Shown here: in pieces, positions 48,803 to 58,898 of the stretch
How positions within the stretch are numbered: position 1 is the stretch's first letter
Layout of the letters: every line of letters starts with the position of its first letter
IMG/VR virus record: IMGVR_UViG_3300008120_000012
Coordinates: 30,592-94,591 of that record
DNA: 64,000 bases
Source: a virus
Strand: one strand, 5' to 3'
Notes under the pieces: generated by a model
Seen by the model: only the letters and a program-made list of their open reading frames with translations
What the model was told of the DNA's origin: nothing
The model's database searches: none
Made by a program: the position numbers and the translations under genes

Positions 48803-48974
48803 ATATGACTGTATGCCGTGTGCTACCAGATATACAAAAGTTAGATCTATGTCAGAAGATGATCCAGGATATAAGTGCGAAATTTGCAATCAGCCTTTAG
48901 TTCGTGTATACTCTAGTGTAGGAATACAATTTAACGGAAAGGGCTTTTACAAAACAGATTATGCAAACAAGTGA
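48789..48974 (+). CDS. FmdB-family zinc-ribbon protein
   Basis: MPAYEYDC..C...CEIC...FNGKGFYKTD. Confidence 0.85.
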   Translation: MPAYEYDCMPCATRYTKVRSMSEDDPGYKCEICNQPLVRVYSSVGIQFNGKGFYKTDYANK

Positions 48975-49224
48975 TGTACACCCAAGCGCTGTAAAAGAAA
49001 AACCAGAATGGATACTAACCGCACAAGATAGATGCGATAGATGTTCTGCTCAAGCCTATGTTAGAATTAAGGGCGGTACTGGAGATCTTATGTTCTGTGG
49101 TCACCACTATGATAAAATTATGAATGATCCAAATGCTTATACAAAGATGATGGCATTTATGCTAGAAGTACTTGATGAGCGTGAAAGATTAAATGAAAAT
49201 AGAGCAAAAGGAGATAGTTACTAA
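48961..49224 (+). CDS. Zn-finger hypothetical protein
   Basis: LTAQDRCDRCSAQAY...FCGHH. Confidence 0.7.
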   Translation: MQTSDVHPSAVKEKPEWILTAQDRCDRCSAQAYVRIKGGTGDLMFCGHHYDKIMNDPNAYTKMMAFMLEVLDERERLNENRAKGDSY

Positions 49225-49631
49225 TGTATGAATATTTTGTAAAAGAGGTAAAGTCTGTTGTTGATGGAGATACCATTGACGTTGTATTAGACTTAGGATT
49301 TAATATTCTTTATGCACAACGAGTTCGTTTGGCTGGTATAGATACTCCAGAATCAAGAACTACAGATAAGGCTGAAAAGGCTCTTGGTCTAGAGGCTAAA
49401 GACTATCTTAAGAAAAAACTTGCTGGAGCAAAGACTGTTGTAATTAGAACAGAAAAGTTAGACAGTTCTGAAAAGTATGGCCGTATCCTTGGCTGGCTAT
49501 ATGTTGATGGTAGTGGAGAATCTATTAACAATCAAATGATTGAAGATGGGTACGCATGGGGATATCTTGGAGAGACTAAGGTAAAAGATTTTGATGCGCT
49601 TAAGATTCAAAGAATGAAATCAGGAAAATGA
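49224..49631 (+). CDS. thermonuclease (SNase family)
   Basis: VVDGDT, RVRLAGIDTPE, KYGRILG. Confidence 0.92.
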   Translation: MYEYFVKEVKSVVDGDTIDVVLDLGFNILYAQRVRLAGIDTPESRTTDKAEKALGLEAKDYLKKKLAGAKTVVIRTEKLDSSEKYGRILGWLYVDGSGESINNQMIEDGYAWGYLGETKVKDFDALKIQRMKSGK

Positions 49632-49960
49632 ATCCAGAAGATTTAACTATTGAACAATTAATACTTGATGGTGCTCTTGAGTTTGGTGGTATAGACGTTG
49701 AAACTGGAGAAGTGCTATATAATTTTACTGATAAATTAAAACAAGTAATGCCAGATTTATATAAGGAGCATTTAAATTTTGTCAATTCTGAGATAATGTA
49801 TTTATGGGAAAAGGGCTATCTAACATTAAATTATGACAAAAATGAAAGCCCTGTAGTAGGCGTTGCTCAAAAAGCATTTAATGACGCTGAAATTGCAAAA
49901 CTTTCTAAAGAAAAGCAAAGGTCTTTAAAAGAAATTATGAACATCTTAAAGGTGGTATAA
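49628..49960 (+). CDS. hypothetical protein
   Basis: 110-aa coupled ORF. Confidence 0.55.
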   Translation: MNPEDLTIEQLILDGALEFGGIDVETGEVLYNFTDKLKQVMPDLYKEHLNFVNSEIMYLWEKGYLTLNYDKNESPVVGVAQKAFNDAEIAKLSKEKQRSLKEIMNILKVV

Positions 49961-49967
49961 TAAACTC

Positions 49968-51029
49968 ATGCCATATCGTGTAGGTGCTAAAGGTTCATAC
50001 GGTTGCTCAGGCTACCCAGCCGTAAAAGAAGACGGTACAGTAATGGGTTGCCATAAAACAAAATCACAGGCTGCTGCTCAAATTTATGCTATAAATGTTT
50101 CAGAAGGAAAGATTGGAAAAGCCATGGTTAAAGAAGGCGATATGGTGATGGCACCACACGAAGAAGAGATGTATGTTGGGCGTGTTGTTCATGTAATGAC
50201 AGAGGGAATGTTGGGATCAGAAGGTTCAGAATACTCTATTATGGCAACACCAACAGATCCAGCAATATTAATTCAACTATATGAACTTGAAGAAGGCGGT
50301 CTAGAAGAAACAGAATACTTTGTTGGAGCGCTATCATCTGAGGTTATGGCATTGCCATCAATAGAATCAAATGTAGGAATGGATAAAGCATATGATGGAT
50401 GTGGATGTCCTACTTGTAAAGAAATGAATGTTAGTTGTGAAGATTGTCCAGTATGCAGTAAAGATATGGCAGAAAAAGGAATGTGCTGTCCAGAAAATAT
50501 GGAAAAGCAAGCACCATGTTGGGAAGGCTATGTACAACGTGGCATGAAAGAAAAGAATGGAAAGAAAGTTCCTAATTGTGTTCCAGCAGCAAAAGCAGAA
50601 GATCTTTGGGAAGATGACGATGATGTTGAATATGACGATGAAGATGAAATGAAAAAAGCAGAAGGATATGTTCCACCTGCAGGAGTGCGTTCAGCAGCAC
50701 GTAAGGCAATTAAATTTAAAGAACAGGGTAAGGCAAAAGGTGCTGGTACATCAGTTGGATGGACTCGTGCTGGTCAACTTGCTCGTGGCGAAAGGCTATC
50801 ATTGAGCACAGTTAAAAGAATGTATTCATACTTTTCACGACATGAAGTAGATAAAAAGGGCAAGGATTGGGGCAACCAAGCAAATCCTTCTAACGGATAC
50901 ATTATGTGGTTAGCATGGGGTGGCGATGCAGGCTTCGCATGGTCAAGATCTATTGTTAAAAGAGAAGCATCTAAATCAATCCTAGGAAATATTTTTGATC
51001 CATCAAATCTAAGACAACGTAATTTTTAA
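49968..51029 (+). CDS. modular protein, putative head-packaged polyprotein
   Basis: Modules separated by xxK|A/S/G/Q; CWEGY...VPNCV and WLAWGGDAG modules. Confidence 0.6.
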   Translation: MPYRVGAKGSYGCSGYPAVKEDGTVMGCHKTKSQAAAQIYAINVSEGKIGKAMVKEGDMVMAPHEEEMYVGRVVHVMTEGMLGSEGSEYSIMATPTDPAILIQLYELEEGGLEETEYFVGALSSEVMALPSIESNVGMDKAYDGCGCPTCKEMNVSCEDCPVCSKDMAEKGMCCPENMEKQAPCWEGYVQRGMKEKNGKKVPNCVPAAKAEDLWEDDDDVEYDDEDEMKKAEGYVPPAGVRSAARKAIKFKEQGKAKGAGTSVGWTRAGQLARGERLSLSTVKRMYSYFSRHEVDKKGKDWGNQANPSNGYIMWLAWGGDAGFAWSRSIVKREASKSILGNIFDPSNLRQRNF

Positions 51030-51037
51030 TTAATATT

Positions 51038-51454
51038 ATGTTAAATTATATAGCGGTCCTCTTGACATTGGTGAACGTTGTTGCTATACTTTATAGATGG
51101 CGAAACAAAAAAGTTTTGCTTAAGAGATATGTTTATAGGCAAACAACTCTTCATCAGATAGCCAAATTGGTTATACCAACTAATGAAGAATTGCTTCTTA
51201 AAAAACCTACTCAATATAAAAAACATATTACAGATAAAACTGTAAGGGTTATACAAACACCTGATAGAAAAGCCTATTGGGTAAAAGATAACAAGTTTTA
51301 TTGCGCTGATGTGTTAGATGGTGAGTTTAATCCTGATCTTGGAAAAGAGATTAAGACTGATTCGTTATCAAAAAAGGAAATGAATAAATTATTATTCATA
51401 TTGGACAGTTTGAACAAAGGAAAAGAAGATGATAGTAGGAGTTCAGGGAACTAA
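51038..51454 (+). CDS. membrane-anchored hypothetical protein
   Basis: N-terminal TM helix. Confidence 0.55.
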   Translation: MLNYIAVLLTLVNVVAILYRWRNKKVLLKRYVYRQTTLHQIAKLVIPTNEELLLKKPTQYKKHITDKTVRVIQTPDRKAYWVKDNKFYCADVLDGEFNPDLGKEIKTDSLSKKEMNKLLFILDSLNKGKEDDSRSSGN

Positions 51455-51779
51455 TTCTTTTGATGACTATAATGTTTTTTTAAGGGCAATGGGGGTAGCA
51501 ATATCCAACATGCAAGAAACAGATCATGAACTATTTATTTATTCAGCAGGTCCAAGAAACATAAACTCTTTTGCTTCAGAATTTACAAATGTATCTGAAA
51601 GAAGTTTTAAAGTGCGTGGTAAAAGAATTAAACTTTACAAGGTTCCGCCTTCTTGGTTGGAAGAAAACATAAAGTCTTTTAACTATATAGCATTTCTAAG
51701 CAAGCCAAAAGAGTCAGTATCAAAACTAGTTGCTTCTGCCGAATTAAACGGTATTGAAGTTGGAATATTCAGGTACTAG
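51429..51779 (+). CDS. hypothetical protein (SLOG-like, weak)
   Basis: MIVGVQGTNSFDDY start resembles YspA/SLOG proteins. Confidence 0.45.
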   Translation: MIVGVQGTNSFDDYNVFLRAMGVAISNMQETDHELFIYSAGPRNINSFASEFTNVSERSFKVRGKRIKLYKVPPSWLEENIKSFNYIAFLSKPKESVSKLVASAELNGIEVGIFRY

Positions 51780-51783
51780 AAAG

Positions 51784-51999
51784 ATGAAAACAATGATTAA
51801 AGAACTAGAAACTATGGAAAAGATAGTTACTGAAAACAATGAACTGTCCTGGGATGGATGGAAAGTTGTTGAACTGAAACCCTCAAAAACTGCTATGTTC
51901 AAAGTTAATGGTGCATTCGTTAATGGACAATGGTACATAAGAAATATGTACGAATATGGCACAAATGGCTGGGAGATTCCGAAAAAATATGTGAGGTAA
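51784..51999 (+). CDS. hypothetical protein
   Basis: LSWDGW...GWEIP. Confidence 0.55.
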   Translation: MKTMIKELETMEKIVTENNELSWDGWKVVELKPSKTAMFKVNGAFVNGQWYIRNMYEYGTNGWEIPKKYVR

Positions 52000-52002
52000 A
52001 TC

Positions 52003-52287
52003 ATGAAGCAACATCTATGGAAAGATAATGCTTCGTGTTTAGGTCTTGACACAAACTTATTTTTTGATAAATATGAAGAGAACGAATCATTAAGATCTGG
52101 CGTAGACAATATATGTCTTAATTGTCCAGTATTAAAAACATGTTTTGCCGTTGGTATATCTGGCAAAGAATGGGGAGTTTGGGGCGGAATTTATTTAGAA
52201 GGTGGAAAAATTTCTAAAGAATTTAACAGTCACAAAAATAAACAACAATGGGGTAAAGTTTGGATATCCCTAACAACGGAGGTGTAA
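52003..52287 (+). CDS. whiB: WhiB-family transcription factor
   Basis: C-x22-CxxC-x5-C pattern and GVWGG. Confidence 0.92.
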   Translation: MKQHLWKDNASCLGLDTNLFFDKYEENESLRSGVDNICLNCPVLKTCFAVGISGKEWGVWGGIYLEGGKISKEFNSHKNKQQWGKVWISLTTEV

Positions 52288-52288
52288 A

Positions 52289-53056
52289 ATGATTATTCAA
52301 ATAATTGGTCTTCCTGGATCTGGAAAAACTACATTAGCAACAGCATTAAAGGAACGTATCAATGCTATTCATTTAAATGCTGATGAAGTTCGTGCAACAG
52401 TAAATAATGATTTAAGTTTTACTGTAGAAGATAGAATAGAGCAAGCAAGACGCATGGGTGAGATGGCTAGACTCATTGCAAGACAAAACGTTGCTCCAGT
52501 AATTGTTGATTTTGTTTGTCCAACTGAAGATACTAGAAATGCTTTTGGACATGCAGACGTAGTTGTATGGATGAACACTATTGGCTTTAGCAGATTTGAA
52601 GATACTAATAAAATGTGGGAGCCTCCTACATTTCATGATATAGAAATTGAGGGGCATATTGATTCTCAAAATCTTGAAAACAATGTAAAAAGAGTAATCT
52701 TAGAGGCTGGATTATTTGATTGGTCTGCACCAACTACCCTACAACTTGGTAGATATCAGCCATGGCATGAGGGGCACCAAGCACTTAAACAAGAAGCGCA
52801 CAAAAGAACATCGCAGGTGCTAGTTGGAGTTCGTAATACTTATGGAACTTCAGACAAGGACCCCTTGCCTTATAAGAAGGTTCAAGATTTAATTTACACA
52901 GATAATAATGATTACAATACTTTAATATTGCGACTACCAAACATTACCAATATTGTATATGGTCGTGATGTAGGATATAAGATTGAGCAGGTAGAACTAT
53001 CTCCTGATATTCAAGCAGTTTCAGCAACACAAAAAAGAAAAGAGATGGGTCTATGA
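52289..53056 (+). CDS. APS kinase-like P-loop domain fused to an HxGH nucleotidyltransferase
   Basis: GLPGSGKT, LNADEVR, DRIEQARR; LGRYQPWHEGH; SATQKR. Confidence 0.8.
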   Translation: MIIQIIGLPGSGKTTLATALKERINAIHLNADEVRATVNNDLSFTVEDRIEQARRMGEMARLIARQNVAPVIVDFVCPTEDTRNAFGHADVVVWMNTIGFSRFEDTNKMWEPPTFHDIEIEGHIDSQNLENNVKRVILEAGLFDWSAPTTLQLGRYQPWHEGHQALKQEAHKRTSQVLVGVRNTYGTSDKDPLPYKKVQDLIYTDNNDYNTLILRLPNITNIVYGRDVGYKIEQVELSPDIQAVSATQKRKEMGL

Positions 53057-53352
53057 ATAAGATAAAATATATATGGACTATAGTAAAAGATAGATGGATA
53101 AAGCCATATGATGACATTATACTAAGATTTAATACAAAAGCAAAAAAGAATGATCCGTATGTTTGGAGAGTAATAGTTAATGGTCATGAAGATTTTGCTA
53201 CATCATTTGAAATACATGGATACGTCTACGATGTGCTCTCAGAAGAAAATGGAGTAACAAAATACAATGTTGGATGCAAGGGCAGAGTAAGATGGGATGG
53301 TAGTAAAGCCATTATTATAACAGCACCAAAGGCTCCAGAGGAAATGATATAG
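53053..53352 (+). CDS. hypothetical protein
   Basis: Coupled ORF. Confidence 0.5.
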   Translation: MNKIKYIWTIVKDRWIKPYDDIILRFNTKAKKNDPYVWRVIVNGHEDFATSFEIHGYVYDVLSEENGVTKYNVGCKGRVRWDGSKAIIITAPKAPEEMI

Positions 53353-53591
53353 TGTACACAGATGAAATGCGTAGGGCATTCCATTCGTTAGATGGGCTTG
53401 CTCCAAAAGGATTTAAGGTGGATCTAATAGATAATGACAACTTTTTAACTATTAGAATTGATGAAAAGTCTATCTTTAATTTATCACATGATGATAAGAT
53501 TGCTGCAGTTAGATACGTTGCAGTTTTAAAAGATGCCCTTGAACAAAATGGTGCAATTGTATTAGTTGTAAGAAAGCCATTAGAACAATGA
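53352..53591 (+). CDS. hypothetical protein
   Basis: Coupled ORF, GTG start. Confidence 0.55.
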   Translation: MYTDEMRRAFHSLDGLAPKGFKVDLIDNDNFLTIRIDEKSIFNLSHDDKIAAVRYVAVLKDALEQNGAIVLVVRKPLEQ

Positions 53592-54499
53592 GCATTTTTA
53601 TTTCAGTAGCATCTTACAGAGATCCAGCATTAGAGGATACTTTAAAAAGTGCTGTTGAAAATGCTTCTGGTAAAGAGGCTATAAAATTTGGGATAGTGCA
53701 ACAGGATTTAGAAACAGTTGACCTATCTTTTATAAAACAATATTCATTAACTTTAATGCATCCAAGACATGCTAGAGGGGTTGGACTTGCAAGAAGTAAA
53801 GCAATGGATCTGTATACTGATGAAGACTATTATTTACAAGTAGACTCTCATACTATTTTTAGTAAAAACTGGGATTTAAAATGTATTGAACAGTTAACAT
53901 TATCACAACAAATTGCAAGAAATAAAAAAGTAATACTATCTTCTTTTCCTCCTCCATACTCTATAGAAAGAAATGGCTCACAGTTTATTCATTCTATTTC
54001 AACTGATGAATTGCCAGTTGAGCCAACCAAGCAAGTTCCTTGGTTAAGAGTAGACAATCAATGGGGAGCAAAAAGATTACCATTTGATGATTTATCATAT
54101 TCAAAACCAGAATTATCAACTACAGTTCTTGGCGGTTTTATATTTGCTACTGGCGATATAGTCAAAGAAGTACCATATGATGAAGAAATTAGTTTTTTTG
54201 GAGAAGAAATCTGTTTTGCAATGAGAGCATGGACAAGAGGCTGGGATATATATTCTCCGCCTATTCCAATTGTTTATCATTTTTATAAAAGAAACGGCTA
54301 TAAAAAAATATGGTCTGATGAGGTAAGAAGAGAAGTCAATTGGGATCAAATTCAAACAAAATCACAACAAAAACAAAAGAAAGTTTTATGTGGCATTGAA
54401 GATGGAATAATGGGTGCAGGAAATGTTAGATCTTTAGAAGAGTATCAGCAGTTAATAGGATATGATTTTAATAAAATATATAAAGATTTGACATTCTAG
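53588..54499 (+). CDS. GT60-like GlcNAc transferase (Gnt1/Skp1-Hyp type)
   Basis: IFISVASYRD, ARGVGLAR, LQVDSH, WD, FFGEEI, RAWTRGWDIY. Confidence 0.8.
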   Translation: MSIFISVASYRDPALEDTLKSAVENASGKEAIKFGIVQQDLETVDLSFIKQYSLTLMHPRHARGVGLARSKAMDLYTDEDYYLQVDSHTIFSKNWDLKCIEQLTLSQQIARNKKVILSSFPPPYSIERNGSQFIHSISTDELPVEPTKQVPWLRVDNQWGAKRLPFDDLSYSKPELSTTVLGGFIFATGDIVKEVPYDEEISFFGEEICFAMRAWTRGWDIYSPPIPIVYHFYKRNGYKKIWSDEVRREVNWDQIQTKSQQKQKKVLCGIEDGIMGAGNVRSLEEYQQLIGYDFNKIYKDLTF

Positions 54500-54533
54500 T
54501 TTATCAATAGTACAATATAAGTAGGAGGAATAA

Positions 54534-54905
54534 ATGGAAATTGCAATAGTGGTGCTATCTGTATTGTTGATTTTTTTTATGTACAGAACTTTTAAGTTAG
54601 CAAAACAGAATGTTGAAATGGCAGAGGCTGTTCTTTCTATTGCTGATCTAAATGATACTAATAATAATCTTATTAAAGAAGACTTTTTAAAATTTATTTC
54701 AGACTCACGAGATTGGGCTTTTGATTATATTGAGGAAGTTCAAAATGGATTAAGTAAATTTATTAAAGAAGTTGAGCCAGATATTGAGTATTATGATAAA
54801 TATGGAACGGCTGTTGAGGGAATGGTAAGTCCACATGATAAGGCTCTAAAAAAAATATCTGAAGAATTCAAAGAACTAAAGAAATTATTGCCGAAAGATA
54901 ACTAA
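54534..54905 (+). CDS. membrane-anchored hypothetical protein
   Basis: N-terminal TM; TTGACA-17-TACAAT promoter at 54488-54516; AGGAGG RBS. Confidence 0.6.
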   Translation: MEIAIVVLSVLLIFFMYRTFKLAKQNVEMAEAVLSIADLNDTNNNLIKEDFLKFISDSRDWAFDYIEEVQNGLSKFIKEVEPDIEYYDKYGTAVEGMVSPHDKALKKISEEFKELKKLLPKDN

Positions 54906-54911
54906 AATAAT

Positions 54912-55922
54912 ATGAAATTTTATAATCAATCTCTATGCTTTGATGACATATTGTTAGTGCCTCAACATTCTAATGTTGTAAGCAGAAAACAGATAGACAT
55001 ATCAATGAGTGGTTTTGATTTTCCAATTGTTGCCTCCCCAATGGATACTGTTTGTGAAGCATACATGGCAGAATCAATAGCAAACGAGGGCGGTCTTGGA
55101 ATAATTCATCGCTATATGAACACATCTGAAAGACTAATATCATTTGAACATGCTGCTTCTAAAAATAGTGGCCGTGGCATTGGTATTGCACTTTCTTCCT
55201 TAGAATGTTTTGATACTGATTTTATTGATAGTGCTATTGAACTGGGCTGTTATTGGTTTTGTATAGATACAGCAAATGGACATAATGATGCAGCAATAAA
55301 AGCGGTGCAGCATCTTAGAATGTATTATCCAGGCATCCACATTATGGTTGGAAATGTATCAACTGTAGATGGATTTTCAATGTTGGCAGAAGTTGGAGCA
55401 GATGCCATTCGTGTGGGTATTGGTGGTGGTGCTACCTGTACTACAAGAATAGTTTCTGGACATGGCATGCCAACCCTGCAGTCTATTATTGATTGCTATG
55501 AGTATAAAAATAAAAATCATATGGACACACTAATAATTGCAGATGGTGGAATCAGAACTACTGGAGACATCGTAAAAGCCTTTGCAGCAGGTGCAGATAT
55601 GGTTATGCTGGGATCTATGCTGGCTGGCACAGACGAGGCTCCAGGAGCCGTTATTGAAGGATTTAAGGTATTCCGTGGCATGGCTAGTGAGGATGCTCAG
55701 GTAGATTGGAAAGGCCAATCTTCAGTAGTTGAGGGTATATCAACAAAAATAAAATATAAAGGGCCAGTTAAAAATATATTTGAAGAAATAAGAAATGGAA
55801 TTGGTAGTGGATGTTCTTATTCAGGAGTATCTAAACTATCAGAGTTGGCTGAGAATTCTGAATATACGATTGTATCAACATCGTCATTGCAAGAGTCTAA
55901 GCCACATGCTATACTAATATAG
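54912..55922 (+). CDS. IMP dehydrogenase/GMP reductase family protein (no CBS domain)
   Basis: [39 protein letters not shown]. Confidence 0.9.
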   Translation: MKFYNQSLCFDDILLVPQHSNVVSRKQIDISMSGFDFPIVASPMDTVCEAYMAESIANEGGLGIIHRYMNTSERLISFEHAASKNSGRGIGIALSSLECFDTDFIDSAIELGCYWFCIDTANGHNDAAIKAVQHLRMYYPGIHIMVGNVSTVDGFSMLAEVGADAIRVGIGGGATCTTRIVSGHGMPTLQSIIDCYEYKNKNHMDTLIIADGGIRTTGDIVKAFAAGADMVMLGSMLAGTDEAPGAVIEGFKVFRGMASEDAQVDWKGQSSVVEGISTKIKYKGPVKNIFEEIRNGIGSGCSYSGVSKLSELAENSEYTIVSTSSLQESKPHAILI

Positions 55923-55950
55923 TCAAATCTATCCTATAGGAGGAAACGAA

Positions 55951-56214
55951 ATGGACAAGAAACTAAAGGCACTACTAGCATCATATGGACGTTCAGTTCT
56001 AGGTGCAGGTCTTGCGCTATACATGTCAGGAGTTACTGATCTAGGTACCCTTGCATATTCATTGGTAGCAGCGATTGCACCAGTGGCACTAAGAGCAATT
56101 AATCCAAACGATAAGGCTTTTGGCCGTATGCCAGCAGCATCACTCGTTGAAGATGCTCTAAAGAATGTTGAAGTCAAGAAGGCTCCAGCAAAGAAGGCTG
56201 CCAAGAAGGCATAG
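55951..56214 (+). CDS. holin-like membrane protein
   Basis: Two hydrophobic segments, basic C-tail; own promoter and RBS. Confidence 0.5.
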   Translation: MDKKLKALLASYGRSVLGAGLALYMSGVTDLGTLAYSLVAAIAPVALRAINPNDKAFGRMPAASLVEDALKNVEVKKAPAKKAAKKA

Positions 56215-56223
56215 TCTTAATAT

Positions 56224-56257
56224 AAGAAGGCCAGCCTGAAATATGGCTGGCTTTTTT
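56224..56257. terminator. terminator at the strand switch (probably bidirectional)
   Basis: aaggccagcc-tgaaatat-ggctggctt followed by a T-run, between convergent genes. Confidence 0.8.
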
Positions 56258-57290
56258 ATTGTTCAAATAAGTCTAAATATTTTTGTTTTAAAATATCAGT
56301 AGAAAAATTATTAAATCCTATTTCAAATGCTTTTTGCTTTATGTCAGTCTTATCGTTTATGTCCATATATTCATCAATTTTATTTGCTAATTGAACTTCA
56401 TTTGCACCATAAACATCAATTTTAGTTCTAGTTTGTAGTTCGTCAATCTTGTTTGAATCTACTAGCCATTCTTTTGGAAGTATATTATTGTTGGGTGATA
56501 TATCAGTCATAAAGACTGGAATACCGCTCATCAAGGCTTCATTCATAGGTAGGCATAGCCCAGCATATCTGCGTGGAAGGATCAAAGCGTCAAATCCTGA
56601 ATATAAATCTTGATTGTTTATTACATTATTAATTTCAAGTTTAAGTCTACCAAAACCAAATTTAACTGGCAGTTCTGTTTGACTTTTTATAACTACTTGA
56701 TATTCTCCAATAGAATGTTTTAGCATATCTAGTACAGTATTGGTACCATTTCTATCTTTTACCGCAGCCTTTCCACCAATATGTAACACACGACGATGAT
56801 CTCTGCTTATATTTATTTGTTTTGCTTCTTCAAATAATTTAGGATCAGTTGGTGGAGGTAGATGAACTACTTTAGTTTTATCTCCAAACTTATTTAATAC
56901 TTCTTCAAAGTTCCAAAGGCTAGGTGCTAATAATACATCTGGAAGAGGCAAACTAGGATTGACTAAATGATCTAAAAATTCATAATTATATTGTAAAATA
57001 GTTTTAACTTTTTTACGTTTTGCTAAAGTAACAAAATTGGGATTATAAAATATCTCACAACTTATAACAACGTCAAGCCCGTCAAGAAATTTTACAACTT
57101 CTTCATTGCTTGCAAACCCTTCTGTTGTTATACACTCATAATCTTTATACCAGTCTGCGTTTTGTTTATTTCTATTAAAAAAATAAGAATTAATAAGCAA
57201 AATCTTTTTTGGATTAAGCATTTTAACAAGTTCTTTTGTTTGATTGCCTAACCCAGTATTATCTGATCTTGCTACTATTCCTATGTTCAA
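56256..57290 (-). CDS. GT-B (GT4-like) glycosyltransferase
   Basis: TTG start overlapping the FkbM stop; GLCLPMNEALMSGIPV. Confidence 0.85.
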   Translation of the reverse strand: MNIGIVARSDNTGLGNQTKELVKMLNPKKILLINSYFFNRNKQNADWYKDYECITTEGFASNEEVVKFLDGLDVVISCEIFYNPNFVTLAKRKKVKTILQYNYEFLDHLVNPSLPLPDVLLAPSLWNFEEVLNKFGDKTKVVHLPPPTDPKLFEEAKQINISRDHRRVLHIGGKAAVKDRNGTNTVLDMLKHSIGEYQVVIKSQTELPVKFGFGRLKLEINNVINNQDLYSGFDALILPRRYAGLCLPMNEALMSGIPVFMTDISPNNNILPKEWLVDSNKIDELQTRTKIDVYGANEVQLANKIDEYMDINDKTDIKQKAFEIGFNNFSTDILKQKYLDLFEQ

Positions 57291-57940
57291 TACAACCACG
57301 CCCAAACCATACCACCACGTTCCCAACTACCCATAGTTCTAACGTGATGTGTTTCAGAAAGTTTTTGTACAACATCTCCTAATTGATTTCCAGACCGAAT
57401 GTCAAACTCCATAGTAATATATGCACACTTATTTAAATTATCTTTTGATGCAGCAAGAATAATATCTGCCTCACTTCCTTCAACATCAATCTTTAAAACA
57501 TTTACCTTTTCAATGTGATATAAATCAAATAGATTGTCCAATGTCATAACTTCAATTTCAGAACCAAATGTTCCATCATCTTTAATGCTTGATCCACCAC
57601 CACTATCATGGATAACGGCGGTACCTTTAAAATTACTAATGCCATATGGAATTGAAGTAATAAGGTTATCCAATCCACTCAATGTAATATTTTTTTTCAT
57701 TGCTTCTAAATTGTGTGGCTCTGGCTCTACTGCATATACTTTAGATCCATGATTGGCTGCTAATAAGGTAAATGCTCCTATATTTGCTCCAATATCCACT
57801 GTTACTCCATCAACTGCAAATCTTCCAGCATTAACTTCATAAACATTTTCTTCAAAAATTTCTTTAACAACAATCTCATCAGTTGGATAGTTTTCTCTTA
57901 AATCAAACTTTATCTCTGTGCCTTCAATTTCTTTAATCAT
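57287..57940 (-). CDS. FkbM-family methyltransferase
   Basis: DIGANIG, AVEP, LKIDVEGSE. Confidence 0.9.
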   Translation of the reverse strand: MIKEIEGTEIKFDLRENYPTDEIVVKEIFEENVYEVNAGRFAVDGVTVDIGANIGAFTLLAANHGSKVYAVEPEPHNLEAMKKNITLSGLDNLITSIPYGISNFKGTAVIHDSGGGSSIKDDGTFGSEIEVMTLDNLFDLYHIEKVNVLKIDVEGSEADIILAASKDNLNKCAYITMEFDIRSGNQLGDVVQKLSETHHVRTMGSWERGGMVWAWLY

Positions 57941-58878
57941 ATGCCTAACTCCTTCAATATTTGCTGCCATCTATGTTTATATGTATAGTTATTCTTCACT
58001 AACTCATGACCAGCAATCCTTATTTTTTCTCTTTCATCTTCATGTTCTAAGTAATAATTAATTAATTCTTTTAATTGATCAAAATTACCGTACTCATAAA
58101 AGACTAAATGTTTTTTATCTTCAAACTCTTCTTCCATACCTTTTACATAAGGGTGAATGATAAAGCCACCACGACCCATTGTTTCATAAACTCTATCTGA
58201 CCAATAATATGGGTATTTATAGTCAATACAAAGCGTATCACCAACAACTACCTTTGTGTTCCAATATAACCTATTTAATTCTTTACCTCTAATATTTTTA
58301 ATACCACCCTGACCATAATGCTCAAACCAGTTTCCGTAAGTTCTTTCAAGCCAGGATATCAACTGCTCCCTATACTTCCATTCTGGATGATACTTTCTGC
58401 TTCCAACAAATACTACATTTTTTTGAGGTTTAGACACACGATATTGACAGTCAGCATCATAAACTCCTGCTGGAATATAATGACCTTTTACATTAGTTTC
58501 TTTATTAAACCATTCTGCCATTTGTTTATCAACGGTAAAAAAATGTTCAATATCTTTATATACTGGAACGGACTCAAGATCTTTTTGTCTTTGTAAACCA
58601 AACCAAAGATCTAAATGGTATGTCATTGTAGGGATTTTGTTTTCTTTTAATTGTTTTAAAACTTGTGACATGGTAACTCTTCCAGGTGTTTTCCAACTAT
58701 GTGTATGTACCCAAACAAACAAATCGCTTCTTGAAGCCTTCTCGTATATGTCTTCTGATCTTGCTTCTGTTTCCTGTAAACGAATTACTGTATGCCCAAG
58801 GGATTCTAAAGACAGGGCATGATGCGTCTCAGTTGTATAGTCAACACGAAAGTTGCCTAAAAATACTATTTTTGCCAT
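57937..58878 (-). CDS. GT-B glycosyltransferase (CgeB-like)
   Basis: VVFVGS, SDRVYETMGRGGF, RIAGHELV..YTYKHR. Confidence 0.85.
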   Translation of the reverse strand: MAKIVFLGNFRVDYTTETHHALSLESLGHTVIRLQETEARSEDIYEKASRSDLFVWVHTHSWKTPGRVTMSQVLKQLKENKIPTMTYHLDLWFGLQRQKDLESVPVYKDIEHFFTVDKQMAEWFNKETNVKGHYIPAGVYDADCQYRVSKPQKNVVFVGSRKYHPEWKYREQLISWLERTYGNWFEHYGQGGIKNIRGKELNRLYWNTKVVVGDTLCIDYKYPYYWSDRVYETMGRGGFIIHPYVKGMEEEFEDKKHLVFYEYGNFDQLKELINYYLEHEDEREKIRIAGHELVKNNYTYKHRWQQILKELGI

Positions 58879-58898
58879 TTTAATTAGTATATCATACG

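Noticed and set aside
32968-55922. Z-genome or deazaguanine DNA-modification pathway (MazG + IMPDH)
   Set aside because: No PurZ, DatZ, Que/FolE or DpdA genes in the window, and the two genes are unlinked
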